A DNA stretch of 63,375 nt, filler included, from Octopus bimaculoides (taxonomy: Eukaryota): NCBI RefSeq assembly GCF_001194135.2. It is 8 parts of 7 records of this genome, joined end to end, with 100 filler letters (N's around TTAATTAATTAA, not from the genome) between each part and the next. Parts side by side here need not be neighbours in the genome. Positions count along the whole stretch, not along the records: positions 1 to 24,426 come from NC_068995.1; 7 more parts are not named here. One strand, given 5' to 3'. Shown piece after piece: positions 1-10,860 of the stretch; the first letter of the stretch is position 1; each line of letters begins with the position of its first letter. The position numbers and the translations under genes were made by a program. The notes under the pieces are model-generated. The model made no database searches, was not told the DNA's origin, and was given only the letters and a program-made list of their open reading frames with translations.

Positions 1-69
<69 letters not shown>

Positions 70-529
70 ATATATGTATGTATGTCTGTGTGTATGTTTA
101 TTTACACGTACACAGAGATATATGTTCATATATATATATAATTATATGGACAGATATATACACATATATATATGCATATAGAGACAGTTACATACATACA
201 TACATATACGTGTATACATAGACTCACACACACACATACACACACACACACTCATATATATGTATGTGTGCATCCCTATGTATGCCAAACCTGCTATTTT
301 TTTACTATATTACACAAATGGTTGCATAATACAATATAGCTATTTAAAAAATTTATTTTTCATTTAATCGGCAGAATTTCAAAATGTAACTCAAGGGCTG
401 AGAAGCTCTCGGCTCTTGATTCTCTTTGTAATTTATGCCGATTAAATATAATATAATATAATATGAAATGATATATGATATATGCGTAGCTGTGTGGTAA
501 GAAACTTGCTCCCCAACCACATATATATA

Positions 530-710
530 TAGTAAAGTCTATTTGCCAACACAATGTGACAGACCTATGCAGAGTGATGTTACTCCTTTTTAGCCCCGGG
601 GAAAACATCTACTGACACATGATCTAGAAAAGATGCTTTCCTGAGGTTAAAATGTAGTAACATTGTCCTGCGTAGGACTGCCACATTGTGTTGGTAAATA
701 GACTTTACTG
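530..710. mobile_element. Fold-back MITE (~180-bp palindrome), Tc1/mariner-pogo-like ends, inserted into a SINE head
   Basis: Left arm agtaaagtctatttgccaacacaatgtgacagacctatgcag... is reverse-complementary to the right arm ...tgcgtaggactgccacattgtgttggtaaatagactttact over almost the whole length. Ends read (C>T)AGTAAAG...CTTTACTG. It splits a SINE head (gctgtgtggtaagaaacttgctccccaaccaca at ~489-521, continuing tggtactg at ~713). Confidence 0.8.
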
Positions 711-802
711 TGTGGTACTGTTACTACATATTTCTCGTTCAGAGATTTAAAACTAGTTGTTTATCTCTTATATATATATATATATATAGATATATATATA
801 CA

Positions 803-1012
803 TATTCTGTTACTTGTTTCAGTCATTTGACTGCGGACATGCTGGAGCACCGCATTTAGTCGAACAAATCGACCCCAGGACATATTCTTTGTAAGCCTAG
901 TACTTACTCTATCGGTCTCTCTTTTGCCGAACCGCTAAATTACGGGGACATAAACACACCAACATTGGTTGTCAAGAGATGGTGGGGGAACAAACACAGA
1001 CACACAAATACA
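803..1012 (-). mobile_element. SINE family B/C, 3' tail portion
   Basis: Matches the block tacttgtttcagtcatttgactgcgg..catgctggagcaccgc...gacaaacacagacac seen also at 4273, 9626, 15757, 26820 and 61180. Confidence 0.85.
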
Positions 1013-1046
1013 TAATTACATACATACACACACACACACACACACT

Positions 1047-1088
<42 letters not shown>

Positions 1089-1598
1089 NNNNNNNNNNNN
1101 NNNNNNNNNNNNNNNNNNNNNNNNNNNNNNNNNNNNNNNNNNNNNNNNNNNNNNNNNNNNNNNNNNNNNNNNNNNNNNNNNNNNNNNNNNNNNNNNNNNN
1201 NNNNNNNNNNNNNNNNNNNNNNNNNNNNNNNNNNNNNNNNNNNNNNNNNNNNNNNNNNNNNNNNNNNNNNNNNNNNNNNNNNNNNNNNNNNNNNNNNNNN
1301 NNNNNNNNNNNNNNNNNNNNNNNNNNNNNNNNNNNNNNNNNNNNNNNNNNNNNNNNNNNNNNNNNNNNNNNNNNNNNNNNNNNNNNNNNNNNNNNNNNNN
1401 NNNNNNNNNNNNNNNNNNNNNNNNNNNNNNNNNNNNNNNNNNNNNNNNNNNNNNNNNNNNNNNNNNNNNNNNNNNNNNNNNNNNNNNNNNNNNNNNNNNN
1501 NNNNNNNNNNNNNNNNNNNNNNNNNNNNNNNNNNNNNNNNNNNNNNATATACTTTCTGAAATCAAATCTCGCAGTGTCCAATTTTTACCTTTGATAGT

Positions 1599-1981
1599 TA
1601 GTTGGCACTCTGTCGGTTACGACGTCGAGGGTTCCAGTTGATCTGATCAACGGAACAGCCTGCTCATGAAATTAACGTGCAAGTGGCTGAGCACTCCACA
1701 GACACGTGTACCCTTAACGTAGTTCTCGGGGTGATTCAGCGTGACACAGAGTGTGACAAGGCTGGCCCTTTGAAATACAGGTACAACAGAAACAGGAAGA
1801 AAGAGTGAGAGAAAGTTGTGGTGAAAGAGTGCAGCAGGGTTCGCCACCATCCTCTGCCGGAGCCTTGAGGTACTCTAGGTGTTTTCGCGCAATAAACACT
1901 CACAACGCCCGGTCTGGGAATCGAAACCATGATCCTACGACCGCGAGTCCGCTGCCCTAACCACTGGGCCATTGCGCCTAC
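1599..1981 (-). mobile_element. Full-length tRNA-derived SINE, family A, with 12-bp TSD
   Basis: Reverse complement of the copy at 7857-8233. tRNA-like A box TGGCCCAGTGG and B box GGTTTCGATTCC. Direct repeat ACCTTTGATAGT at 1587-1598 and 1982-1993. Confidence 0.92.
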
Positions 1982-2062
1982 ACCTTTGATAGTACAGGTC
2001 AAATGATCGATTCTATTGTATTAACAAAACTCTCTCCTCAAATTTCTATCCTTGTGCGTATG

Positions 2063-2973
2063 CTGGAAGCAATTGCGGTGGGTTATCTGAATCGTTAGAT
2101 CGTCAGGAGAAAATGCTTTTTCAATATTTGTTTTTCTGTGTGGGTTTGAGTCCCAGGAACAACCTTCAGTTTAAAGCGACGAGTTGGCATAATCGTTGCG
2201 ACATTTCATCCGTCTTTACGTTCTGAGTTCAAATGCCGCCGGGGTCGAGTTTCGGGGTCGATAAAATAAGTATCAGTCGGGTACTGGAGTCGATGTAATC
2301 GATTTGTCCCCTCGCCCAAAATTTCAGGCCTTGTGCTTTTAATAGAAAGGAACATTTGTTGTTTTGAATTCAAATTTGCCTTTCATCTTTTCGGGGTCGA
2401 TAAAATAAAGTACCAGTTTAGTACTATGATCGATGAAATCGACTGGCTCCCTCCTCCAAAATTACAGGCCTTGTGTCTATATTGGAAATTATTATTATAA
2501 CTATTACTAAGGTAAAGCAGTGAGCTCGTAGAATCGTTAGCACGCCGGACAAAATGCTTTACGGGATTTATTCCGACCTGACGTCTCAAGTTCAAATAAT
2601 TCCACCGAAATCGATTTTGCTTTTCATCCTTTCAGGGTTCGATAAAATAAGTTTTACCAGTTGAGCACTGAGGTCGATGTAATCAATTAGCCCCTCCCCT
2701 CAAAGTTTCAGTTCTTGTGCCTATTGTAAAAAGAGCTCTTACTGTTGCTTATAGTGGCATGCTGGTAGGATCGTAAGCGCGTCGGAGATAACGTTGATCG
2801 GCATTTCTTCCAGCTCTTTATGAACCGAGTTCAAATTCCGCCGAAGTCGACTTTGCTTTTCATTTTTTTTTTTTTTTCGGGTTCGATAAAACTAAGTACC
2901 AGTCAAGTACTGAGCCGATAAAATCAACTAACCACTGCCTTTAAAATTGCTGGCCTTGTGCCAACATTTGAAA
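2063..2973 (+). mobile_element. Head-to-tail array of 4-5 SINE family D copies
   Basis: Recurrent core ttcatc(c)tttcggggtcgataaaataagtaccag with tail ggccttgtg; units start near 2176, 2360, 2509 and 2753, plus a very decayed unit near 2063. Confidence 0.85.
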
Positions 2974-2983
2974 CACTCATAAC

Positions 2984-3074
2984 CATTGGTTCTCAACCAT
3001 TTTTTGACTTTGGACCCCTTTGGTTCTGGTTTTACTTTACTGGGCCTTCATGCCCATTCAGTGTTTTAAAAGAT
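2984..3074 (+). mobile_element. hAT-like MITE left end, truncated by gap
   Basis: cattggttctcaacc (2984-2998) resembles the CAGTGGTTCTCAACC terminus typical of hAT/Charlie-type MITEs (recall). Confidence 0.55.
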
Positions 3075-4084
3075 NNNNNNNNNNNNNNNNNNNNNNNNNN
3101 NNNNNNNNNNNNNNNNNNNNNNNNNNNNNNNNNNNNNNNNNNNNNNNNNNNNNNNNNNNNNNNNNNNNNNNNNNNNNNNNNNNNNNNNNNNNNNNNNNNN
3201 NNNNNNNNNNNNNNNNNNNNNNNNNNNNNNNNNNNNNNNNNNNNNNNNNNNNNNNNNNNNNNNNNNNNNNNNNNNNNNNNNNNNNNNNNNNNNNNNNNNN
3301 NNNNNNNNNNNNNNNNNNNNNNNNNNNNNNNNNNNNNNNNNNNNNNNNNNNNNNNNNNNNNNNNNNNNNNNNNNNNNNNNNNNNNNNNNNNNNNNNNNNN
3401 NNNNNNNNNNNNNNNNNNNNNNNNNNNNNNNNNNNNNNNNNNNNNNNNNNNNNNNNNNNNNNNNNNNNNNNNNNNNNNNNNNNNNNNNNNNNNNNNNNNN
3501 NNNNNNNNNNNNNNNNNNNNNNNNNNNNNNNNNNNNNNNNNNNNNNNNNNNNNNNNNNNNNNNNNNNNNNNNNNNNNNNNNNNNNNNNNNNNNNNNNNNN
3601 NNNNNNNNNNNNNNNNNNNNNNNNNNNNNNNNNNNNNNNNNNNNNNNNNNNNNNNNNNNNNNNNNNNNNNNNNNNNNNNNNNNNNNNNNNNNNNNNNNNN
3701 NNNNNNNNNNNNNNNNNNNNNNNNNNNNNNNNNNNNNNNNNNNNNNNNNNNNNNNNNNNNNNNNNNNNNNNNNNNNNNNNNNNNNNNNNNNNNNNNNNNN
3801 NNNNNNNNNNNNNNNNNNNNNNNNNNNNNNNNNNNNNNNNNNNNNNNNNNNNNNNNNNNNNNNNNNNNNNNNNNNNNNNNNNNNNNNNNNAAGTTAATTT
3901 TATTTATGCAGTTTATGCTTCGTTTGTTTGTTTGCTGTAAATAGAAAAAAAAACATGCAACATGAGCCGTGCTGTAAATGTTGTTGTTATAGTACATGGT
4001 ATCGGATGTCGCTTATGTACAATAATATTATTTCATTGAGTTGTGATTGCGTAGATATATATATATAAATATTATATATAATAC

Positions 4085-4257
4085 AGGCGCGGGCGTGGCT
4101 GTGTGGTAAGAAGCTTGCTTCCCAACCACATGGTACTGGGTTCAGTCTCCTTGCGTGGCACCTTGGGCAAGTGTCTTCTACCATTGTCTCGGACCGACCA
4201 AAGCCTTGTGAATGGATTTGGCAGACATAAATTCTTTTCTGATAGAAGACCGTCTCA
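4085..4257 (+). mobile_element. SINE family B head
   Basis: gcgtggctgtgtggtaagaagcttgcttcccaaccacatggtactgggttcagtc...ttgggcaagtgtcttc; same head in at least 6 other places. Confidence 0.9.
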
Positions 4258-4272
4258 TATATATTTATATAT

Positions 4273-4752
4273 TACTCTCTCTTTTACTTGTTTCAGTCAT
4301 TTGACTGCGGCCATGCTGGAGCACCGCCTTTAGTCGAGCAAATCGACCCCGGGATTTATTCTTTGTAAGCCTAGTGCTTATTCAATCGTTCTTTTTTGCC
4401 GAACCGCTAAGTTACGGGGACATAAACACACCAGCATCGGTTGTCAAGCAATGCTAGGGGCACAAACACAGACACACACACACACACACACACATACATA
4501 TATATACACATATATACGATGGGATTCTTTCAGTTTCCGTCTACCAAATCCACTCACAAGGCTTTGGTCNNNNNNNNNNATACACATATATACGATGGGA
4601 TTCTTTCAGTTTCCGTCTACCAAATCCACTCACAAGGCTTTGGTCGGCCCGAGGCTATAGTAGAAGACACTTGCCCAAGATGCCACTCAGTGGGACTGAA
4701 CCCGGAACCATGTGGTTGGTAAGCAAACTACTTACCACACAGCCACTCCTGC
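4273..4752 (-). mobile_element. Full-length bipartite SINE (family B head + internal TG/TA microsatellite + family C tail)
   Basis: Head at 4519-4752, microsatellite ~4470-4518, tail 4273-4470, all in one orientation. The 10-N gap inside has duplicated flanks. Confidence 0.88.
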
Positions 4753-5231
4753 GACGGAGATCCAGCACTTGTTAGTGTTCAAAAGATTCAAACTTAGACT
4801 CCGTTGTCTCTACAGGGGATCATTACCACAAGGTAAAGAAAGACTATAAGAGGGGATCAAGTTGAGCGTGTATAGAAGCGATTATGCGGAGAAACAAATT
4901 AGACACATTCAAATATATTTCATGTATCTAATCTGTTAATCCGTATTATTGCCTCTGTGTGTGTATGTGTGTGTGTCTCACCTCACACACAACCTCTAGG
5001 TCAAGGAGATAAAGTGGCGATAAGGGCCAGACTGAAAAAAAAACAAGTGGTGCGGTCGATTCTTTCGAACAAGTAAAAAGTAAAAAAAAGCTTTTTTTAA
5101 AGAGAGAGAGAGAGATAGAGAGAGGAGGGGGGATATGTTCTGTGTTGTCTTGTAGGCTGCAACTCCAACCGTGGACTCTGATTACTGTTAAATAGAGCAT
5201 GTATTAAATGACTGAATGTAGCTTGCAGAGA

Positions 5232-5560
5232 GCTGGCAGAATGACAAAATCGTTAGAAAACTGCCCTGTGGTATATCCGTCGCTAAGTGGGTGTACTGGA
5301 CGGCGCTGCCCCTTCACTATTCAATGGTACACCCTCAGATTTACTCCACTTTACTGACCCCACTTTAGCATTATTACAAATTAGTGCCCACCCAGAATAT
5401 TCTGAAACACCCCGCAAGCTAGTTCAAATCTCGCAGAGACTAAACTCTATCATTAATTCTTTCGTGGAGGGTAACATGCAGTACTGGTCAAATATTAAGG
5501 CCAATGATATCGACTAACACCACCCTTGCCTCGAAATAGTTAATCTTGTGTCTAAAGGAC
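5232..5560 (+). mobile_element. Highly decayed SINE family D copy with ~150-bp internal insert
   Basis: Head gagctggcagaat..aatcgttag; body agttcaaatctcgc; tail agtactggtc..atcgactaac..cttgtgtcta. Confidence 0.5.
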
Positions 5561-5587
5561 ATATTAGTTATTGTAATATTGTAATAT

Positions 5588-5885
5588 GTGGAGGTGCAAT
5601 GGCTCAGTGGTTAGGGCAGCGGACTCGCGGTCGGAGGAACGCGGTTTCGATTCCCAGACCGGGCGTTGTGTGTGCTTACTGAACGGAAACACCTAAAGCT
5701 CCACGAGGCTCCGGCAGTGGGTGTTGGCGACCCCTGTTGTACTCTTTCGCCTCGACTTTCTCTCACTCTTTTTACCTGTTTCTTGAGTAATGCTGTGATA
5801 GACTGGCGTCCCGTTCAGCTGGGAAGGACATAGAAACCGGGAAACCGGGCCCATGAACCTGGCTGGGCGCAAAGAAAAAAAAAGA
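5588..5885 (+). mobile_element. tRNA-derived SINE, family A head with an alternative tail, 13-bp TSD
   Basis: First ~180 bp match family A. Tail gactggcgtcccgttcag...gaaaccgggaaaccgggcccatg differs and ends A-rich. Direct repeat AATATTGTAATAT at 5575-5587 and 5886-5898. Confidence 0.9.
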
Positions 5886-5959
5886 AATATTGTAATATAG
5901 ATATCATCCTATTCAACCTATTATGTGATAAAAAAATATAACAACCATGTATATGTGTG

Positions 5960-5998
<39 letters not shown>

Positions 5999-6002
5999 TA
6001 CC

Positions 6003-6131
6003 ACGTGAACTACGATGAAAAAGTATGTGAAAGATATGGTAGATAATTTTTTTCATTTTTGTGCAGGGTTTCCTTGACACATGTAATTCATTTTAAGGGT
6101 TACGCAAGGATAAGAAGGTCGAAAAACACTG
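6003..6131. mobile_element. hAT-like MITE right end
   Basis: aaggtcgaaaaacactg (6115-6131) is the reverse complement of CAGTGTTTTTCGACCTT, an hAT-type TIR pattern. Confidence 0.45.
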
Positions 6132-6139
6132 GCTTAGAG

Positions 6140-7760
6140 TATGCACATGTAATTACCCTACATCTGTCTACGATGTTTTTGACAAGACAATTTCTGTTTA
6201 ACTGACAGGCATTGTCATTCTTTGATTTACACGTTTTAGACTTATGTCTAATTTTAGCTCTGTTCTGGTAGGGTTAGTATTAAACATTTCATTATTTGAA
6301 TAATGCTCATTGGTGAGGTTTGAATGTTTTTTCTCCGTGAAGAAGTTTGCACAAGAAGCCATCGCTTGGGTGCTTGAACAGTGATTATTCAAGTAGCTAT
6401 TGTAGTGACGCCTAATACCAGTCGCCATTTTGGGAAGTTCATCCACGCATGCGCAGGGACATGTCTTCTGGAAGGCATGTAGGAAGTCCCTTATGCGCAT
6501 GCGTGGTCATCCTATATCAAAGCGTTCCCGCCTTTTTTCGATCTCTTAGCGCTGGACCTTCGAAGACACAGGACCACTAAGAGCCGCTCCATAACTCTAC
6601 CTTTGGGTCTACGCAAACTGCTTCGGAGGCTGAACATGACTTAATCAACCAGCATTGACACCGTCTTCCCATCAATCATAAAGGGCGACCTGGCAATTCT
6701 GTTACCCGAGATGTAGGCTGAGCACCTCATAATAAATATATGTTATGCTGTTATTCAATTTATCCCGCGAGTTCGTTTTTTATTGAAGATAATTGATTTG
6801 TACGGGATAGGGTTACCCGATGATGGTGGCCCTATCACCTACACTATCATTAATTATGTCTAGTATTTGAAGGCCAGTGGAGGGGTCATATACTGCAGCT
6901 ATGAACGAATGGTATTTGGTAATTCTTCCTTGTTTAGTGGGAAAGAACCTTAGTCTTCAAGTACTTTAACTTAACTTATATGCATTACCCGCTCGACAAG
7001 ATTGTGAATGGTAGAATTGGGTAGTTTATTAGGTACGTATTGGTATTTATGGTAATGGGAGAAGTTATTTTTAAATACGAAGAAAACCACATGAAAAATT
7101 TGGGTTTTTACAAAGTGATTGTGTGGAGGATTATACCATGTGACTTACCTCTTTCTATTTTTGTTTTTCGTGTCAACCTTCCTGGTCTTCATGATTACGT
7201 TAGATGAATCACATTCAGTATTCTGGTCTTATCTAAATTTCGTATATATTTGCTGGTACGTTTGCTGCGTAGAATCGTATGCTTATTGTTACTCTTACGA
7301 TTTATTCTTATCGTTATTCTTGTTATTTTTGTTAGCATTATTACTATTTAATACCACCACTGTTGTTATTGTTTTTATAAGATGAAACGGAACAAACTGA
7401 AGACAGGGACTTTCCTTTCCTCTTCGACCAAGGCCTCATCAACATTTTTTAAATTCTATTTTAATTTGAAAGTGAAGGGATTTAAGAAAGATATGCTGCT
7501 CCGTCACTTACCCAGTAAATGTTTTGAAACGTGAGTGAATGTGGCGAGGATGGCTCGAATGAGTGGTCCTACTATAAGCTGACGCCAGTAAGCTGAGGAG
7601 AACGGAGAAAAGATCACTTGCCATTGTAATTCCGGTAAGTCGGGTAGCTCAGAGAGTTGGGGCTCCTTTTCATATACCTTATTGAAGTTTTCCAAGGTGT
7701 TAGTAAGACAATTAAGCATACTCCATTAAATTTTGTTTTCCTGTATTACCTGAAAGTTTT
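6140..7760 (-). mobile_element. Decayed Penelope-like element (RT thumb, linker, Cys motif before GIY-YIG), interrupted by a solo LTR
   Basis: Minus-strand translations across frameshifts and stops: THSSHPRHI (SSHPRH at 7541-7558, RT-thumb S-H-P motif), DEALV (~7425-7445), NRKR*VTWYNPP (WYNPP at 7124-7138), CQLNRNCLVKNIV (6169-6209, like CPLxGxCLxxxVVY). Motif order matches Penelope ORFs. Confidence 0.7.
6401..6843 (+). mobile_element. Solo LTR (443 bp), probably Gypsy-type, 4-bp TSD CTAT
   Basis: Begins TGTAGTGA and ends TCACCTACA (imperfect terminal inverted repeat). CTAT at 6397-6400 and 6844-6847. TATA-like TATATCAAA at 6513, AATAAA at 6731-6736. Removing it rejoins an open minus-strand frame. 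Confidence 0.75.
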
Positions 7761-7856
7761 TCAAATCTCTGGTTAGATTTTATAATAATCTCTGAACGTG
7801 TGTTGCTTATTTCCTCCTTAAGTAGTAATATACACAGAGTCTATTTCAAGCAAATT

Positions 7857-8233
7857 GGAGGCGCAATGGCCCAGTGGTTAGGGCAGCGGACTCGCGGTCA
7901 TAGGATCGCGGTTTCGATTCCCAGACCGGGCGTTGTGAGTGTTTATTGAGCGAAAACACCTAAAGCTCCACGAGGCCCCGGCAGGGGATGGTGGCGAACC
8001 CTGCTGCACTCTTTCACCACAACTTTCTTTCTTCCTGTTTCTGTTGTACCTGTAATTCAAAGGGTCAGCCTTGTCACACTCTGTGTCACGCTGAATCTCC
8101 CCGAGAACTACGTTAAGGGTACACGTGTCTGTGGAGTGCTCAGCCACTTGCGCGTTAACTTCATGAGCAGGCTGTCCCGTTGATTGGGTCAACTGGAACC
8201 CTCGACGTCGTAAGCGACGGAGTGCCAACAACA
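7857..8233 (+). mobile_element. Full-length tRNA-derived SINE, family A, near-perfect 12-bp TSD
   Basis: ggaggcgcaatggcccagtggttagggcagcggactcgcgg...ggtttcgattccc head; (CAA) tail. ATTTCAAGCAAA at 7843-7854 vs ATTCCAAGCAAA at 8234-8245. Confidence 0.92.
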
Positions 8234-8489
8234 ATTCCAAGCAAAGACTGCATGATCTGAAGTTTGCATCATATATGTATACAGCTTTTTATCACGGACC
8301 ATGAGATGCTGCTTTGTACTTTCTTTTCTGTCAGATTCCATATTAGATTGGCCAGAGATGCGCTGTGCCTTTTGTCTGTACTTTTGAATGACGCAACATG
8401 ATCGCGCCGTCGTTTTCTGAAAAATGATCGTGTATTGCACTTACATATGCGAATTCTGTTGCTTGAATCTAGACTGTGTATCTATATAC

Positions 8490-8980
8490 AATGTTTTATA
8501 TAAACAGATTAGCTACTTGTTTCTCTGGGATTAGTCAAGTGAGGTAGACAACTCTGAGAACTCGGTAAGGTACGAAAATCGAGTAAGGCTGCTCATCCTA
8601 TTTTCCATCAACAGAGAAATTGTCATGTCTGCCCTGTTTGTATGCCTACTAGATAGCTTACATATATTACATCATGCTTTGATACTGTCTAGTCTTAGAT
8701 CCCCGTTGACAGGCCGCTAATATCAAATATCAACACTAAATACTTTTAGTACACAAGTTAGCGGCTTCAATTCTCTGCAGCTACTAGATTTGTGATGTAC
8801 ATAAACAGATTCGGTGCCTGTTTCTCCGCGATTGGACAAGTGACGTAGACACCTCTAATGAGACCCCAATAAGAGTAAAAAATCAGTTAAGACTGTACAT
8901 CGTTTTGTTTTCAATCTACAGAGAAATAAGTAAATTTGACCTGTTTGTGTGTCAACTACATAGGTTACAAATCTGTACGT
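8490..8980. repeat. Old diverged tandem duplication, ~301-bp period
   Basis: ataaacagatt at 8500 and 8801, followed by collinear tgtttctc..gatt.g.caagtga.gtagaca and cagagaaat...cctgtttgt.tg blocks. Confidence 0.7.
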
Positions 8981-9012
8981 ATGGTAAATTGGCATATTTC
9001 TTTTTTCAGCAC

Positions 9013-9352
9013 GTGAAGGCGGATGGCTCGGTGGTTAGAGCATCGTGCTCACAATCACGAGGTAGTGAGTTTGATTCCCAGACCAGGCTATGTGTTGTGT
9101 TCTTGAGCAAGACACTTTATTTTCACGTTGCTTCAGTTCACTCAGCTGTAGAAATGAGTTGCGACATCACTGGTGCCAAGTTGTGATGGCTTTTGCTTTT
9201 CCTTTGGGTAACATCGGTGGCGTGGAGAGGGCAGGCTGGTATGCATGGGTGACTGCTGGTTTTCTACCATCAACCTTGCCCGGACTTGTGCCTCGGAGGG
9301 GAACTTTCTAGGTACAATCTCATGGTCATTCATGAGCGAAGAGGGTCTTTAC
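9013..9352 (+). mobile_element. tRNA-derived SINE, family E
   Basis: tRNA-like head tggctcggtggttagagc...gagtttgattccc, then ttgagcaagacactt. Body and tail are shared with 63094-63313. Confidence 0.85.
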
Positions 9353-9625
9353 ATTACCTGCACCTTTTCAACAGGCCCGCCTGCGCGTGTGTGTACATAT
9401 ATATATAATTATAAACATATTGAGTTGCTTCACCAACATACTGAAAATTTAGAAATAGCAGTCAAAGAACTACTAATTCTAACTACAATTTTTTTCTCTA
9501 ACAGATGGCGATATATATGGCATACTGAACTACTTGGCAAAATTGCTAATTATAAATTTTATTAACTAATTGGCAATTCCCTGCCCTATATATCTATATA
9601 TATATATTTATATATATATATATAG

Positions 9626-9868
9626 TATGTGTGTTTGTGTGTGTGTAACCCCTAACACAGTCTGACAATCGGGGTTGGCTTATTTACATCACAGTAACTT
9701 AGCAGTTCGACAAAAGAGCCCGACAGAATAAGTTGCAGACCTTGAAAAAAAAAAGAAAAAAAGAAGAAACGAAAGTACTGGAGTCGATTTGTCCGACTAA
9801 AACCCTTCGTGGTGGGGCCCCAGCATGGCCGCAGTCCAATGACTGAAGCAAGCATATAAAAGACAAAA
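9626..9868 (+). mobile_element. SINE family C tail (diverged)
   Basis: taacttagcagttcgacaaaagag...ccagcatggccgcagtc.aatgactgaa matches family C. Confidence 0.75.
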
Positions 9869-10366
9869 TACCGAAGATAAACTGAAGGTGCCAGACACGC
9901 ATCGGGATTGATTGAAACGACAGCAAGCTCTTCTTCCTCGATTCCTTCACCAAAATTTTTTGATAGTTTTGTACCAAAGTTAGAAATCAATATTCCTCAC
10001 GTCAAAAGCCCCATTCTTCAATTGATTGGTTTGTCTTCGTTCGACTTGGCTCGGCCAAACCTCAAACCTCTTTTCACCAATCGATTCCTCCTTTCTGTAT
10101 GGATCCTCTAGCTCTCAGGAAAGGTTGTTTTTGTTTGTTTTTTTGCTATTAGTTTTGCTTCTTTTTTACTGCTTTCTCTCCTTGAATTCTTGTTTTTTGC
10201 TTTTTTTGCTTTTTTGCATCGATTCTCCAATAATTTATATGAATAGCCGGCTTTTAGTTGATTGCTTGATGTAATTATAAGATTCTGTCTTTTTTTACTA
10301 AGGCTAGCTTCGCCTCTTTGGGCATATAATGCCTTTTATTGGCACATGTAATACCTCTGTGGACAC

Positions 10367-10407
<41 letters not shown>

Positions 10408-10470
10408 CTTCTTGCCTTCTCTTTCTCTCCTTCTCCTTCTCCCCATCTCTCTCACACACACACACAAACA

Positions 10471-10518
<48 letters not shown>

Positions 10519-10754
10519 ATGTGTGTGTGAAGAACTCAGCCGTCTTTCTCTCATAACAAGCAAATCCTTTCATACGTAATCAATACAATAGCTTTCCTTT
10601 GCACATTTTCCACGAGAACCCGATCTTCAATAAAATCTTATTACGATTGTTGTTGTTGTTGCTGTTGTAGTTGTTGTTCTTCTTCTTGTTCTTGTTCTTC
10701 TTGTTGCTGTTGTTGTTTAGCCCAAGGTCAGCCCTTTTTTTTTAGTTGGCCTAT

Positions 10755-10860
10755 AATCCTTTCTGCTATATAGGCACAAGGCCTGAAATTTGGGGCATGG
10801 GGGATAGTCGATTACATCAACCCCCAGTACTCAAATGGTACTTAATTTATCGATCTCGAA
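10755..10860 (-). mobile_element. SINE family D 3' fragment
   Basis: aatcctttctgctatataggcacaaggcctgaaattt...ggtacttaatttatcgatc. Confidence 0.8.

Noticed and set aside
4504-4645. 66-bp direct repeat around a 10-N gap (similar at ~45750-45840)
   Set aside because: Typical unmerged contig overlap; likely an assembly artefact.
4800-4825. GTCTCTACAGG resembles part of miR-993/miR-10 family arms
   Set aside because: Only 11 nt match and there is no TACCCTGTAG partner arm.
5287-5517. 76-aa ORF that looks protein-like
   Set aside because: Lies inside a decayed SINE D copy; no recognisable domain.
7425-7445. Minus-strand TTGATGAGGCCTTGGTCGAAG, hammerhead-like
   Set aside because: Two core deviations and no stem I or III. 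It is better explained as coding sequence (DEALV) of the surrounding Penelope relic.
7857-7930. tRNA genes at SINE heads (also 5588, 9013, 1910-1981)
   Set aside because: A and B boxes are present but no complete cloverleaf; each continues into a SINE body with TSDs.
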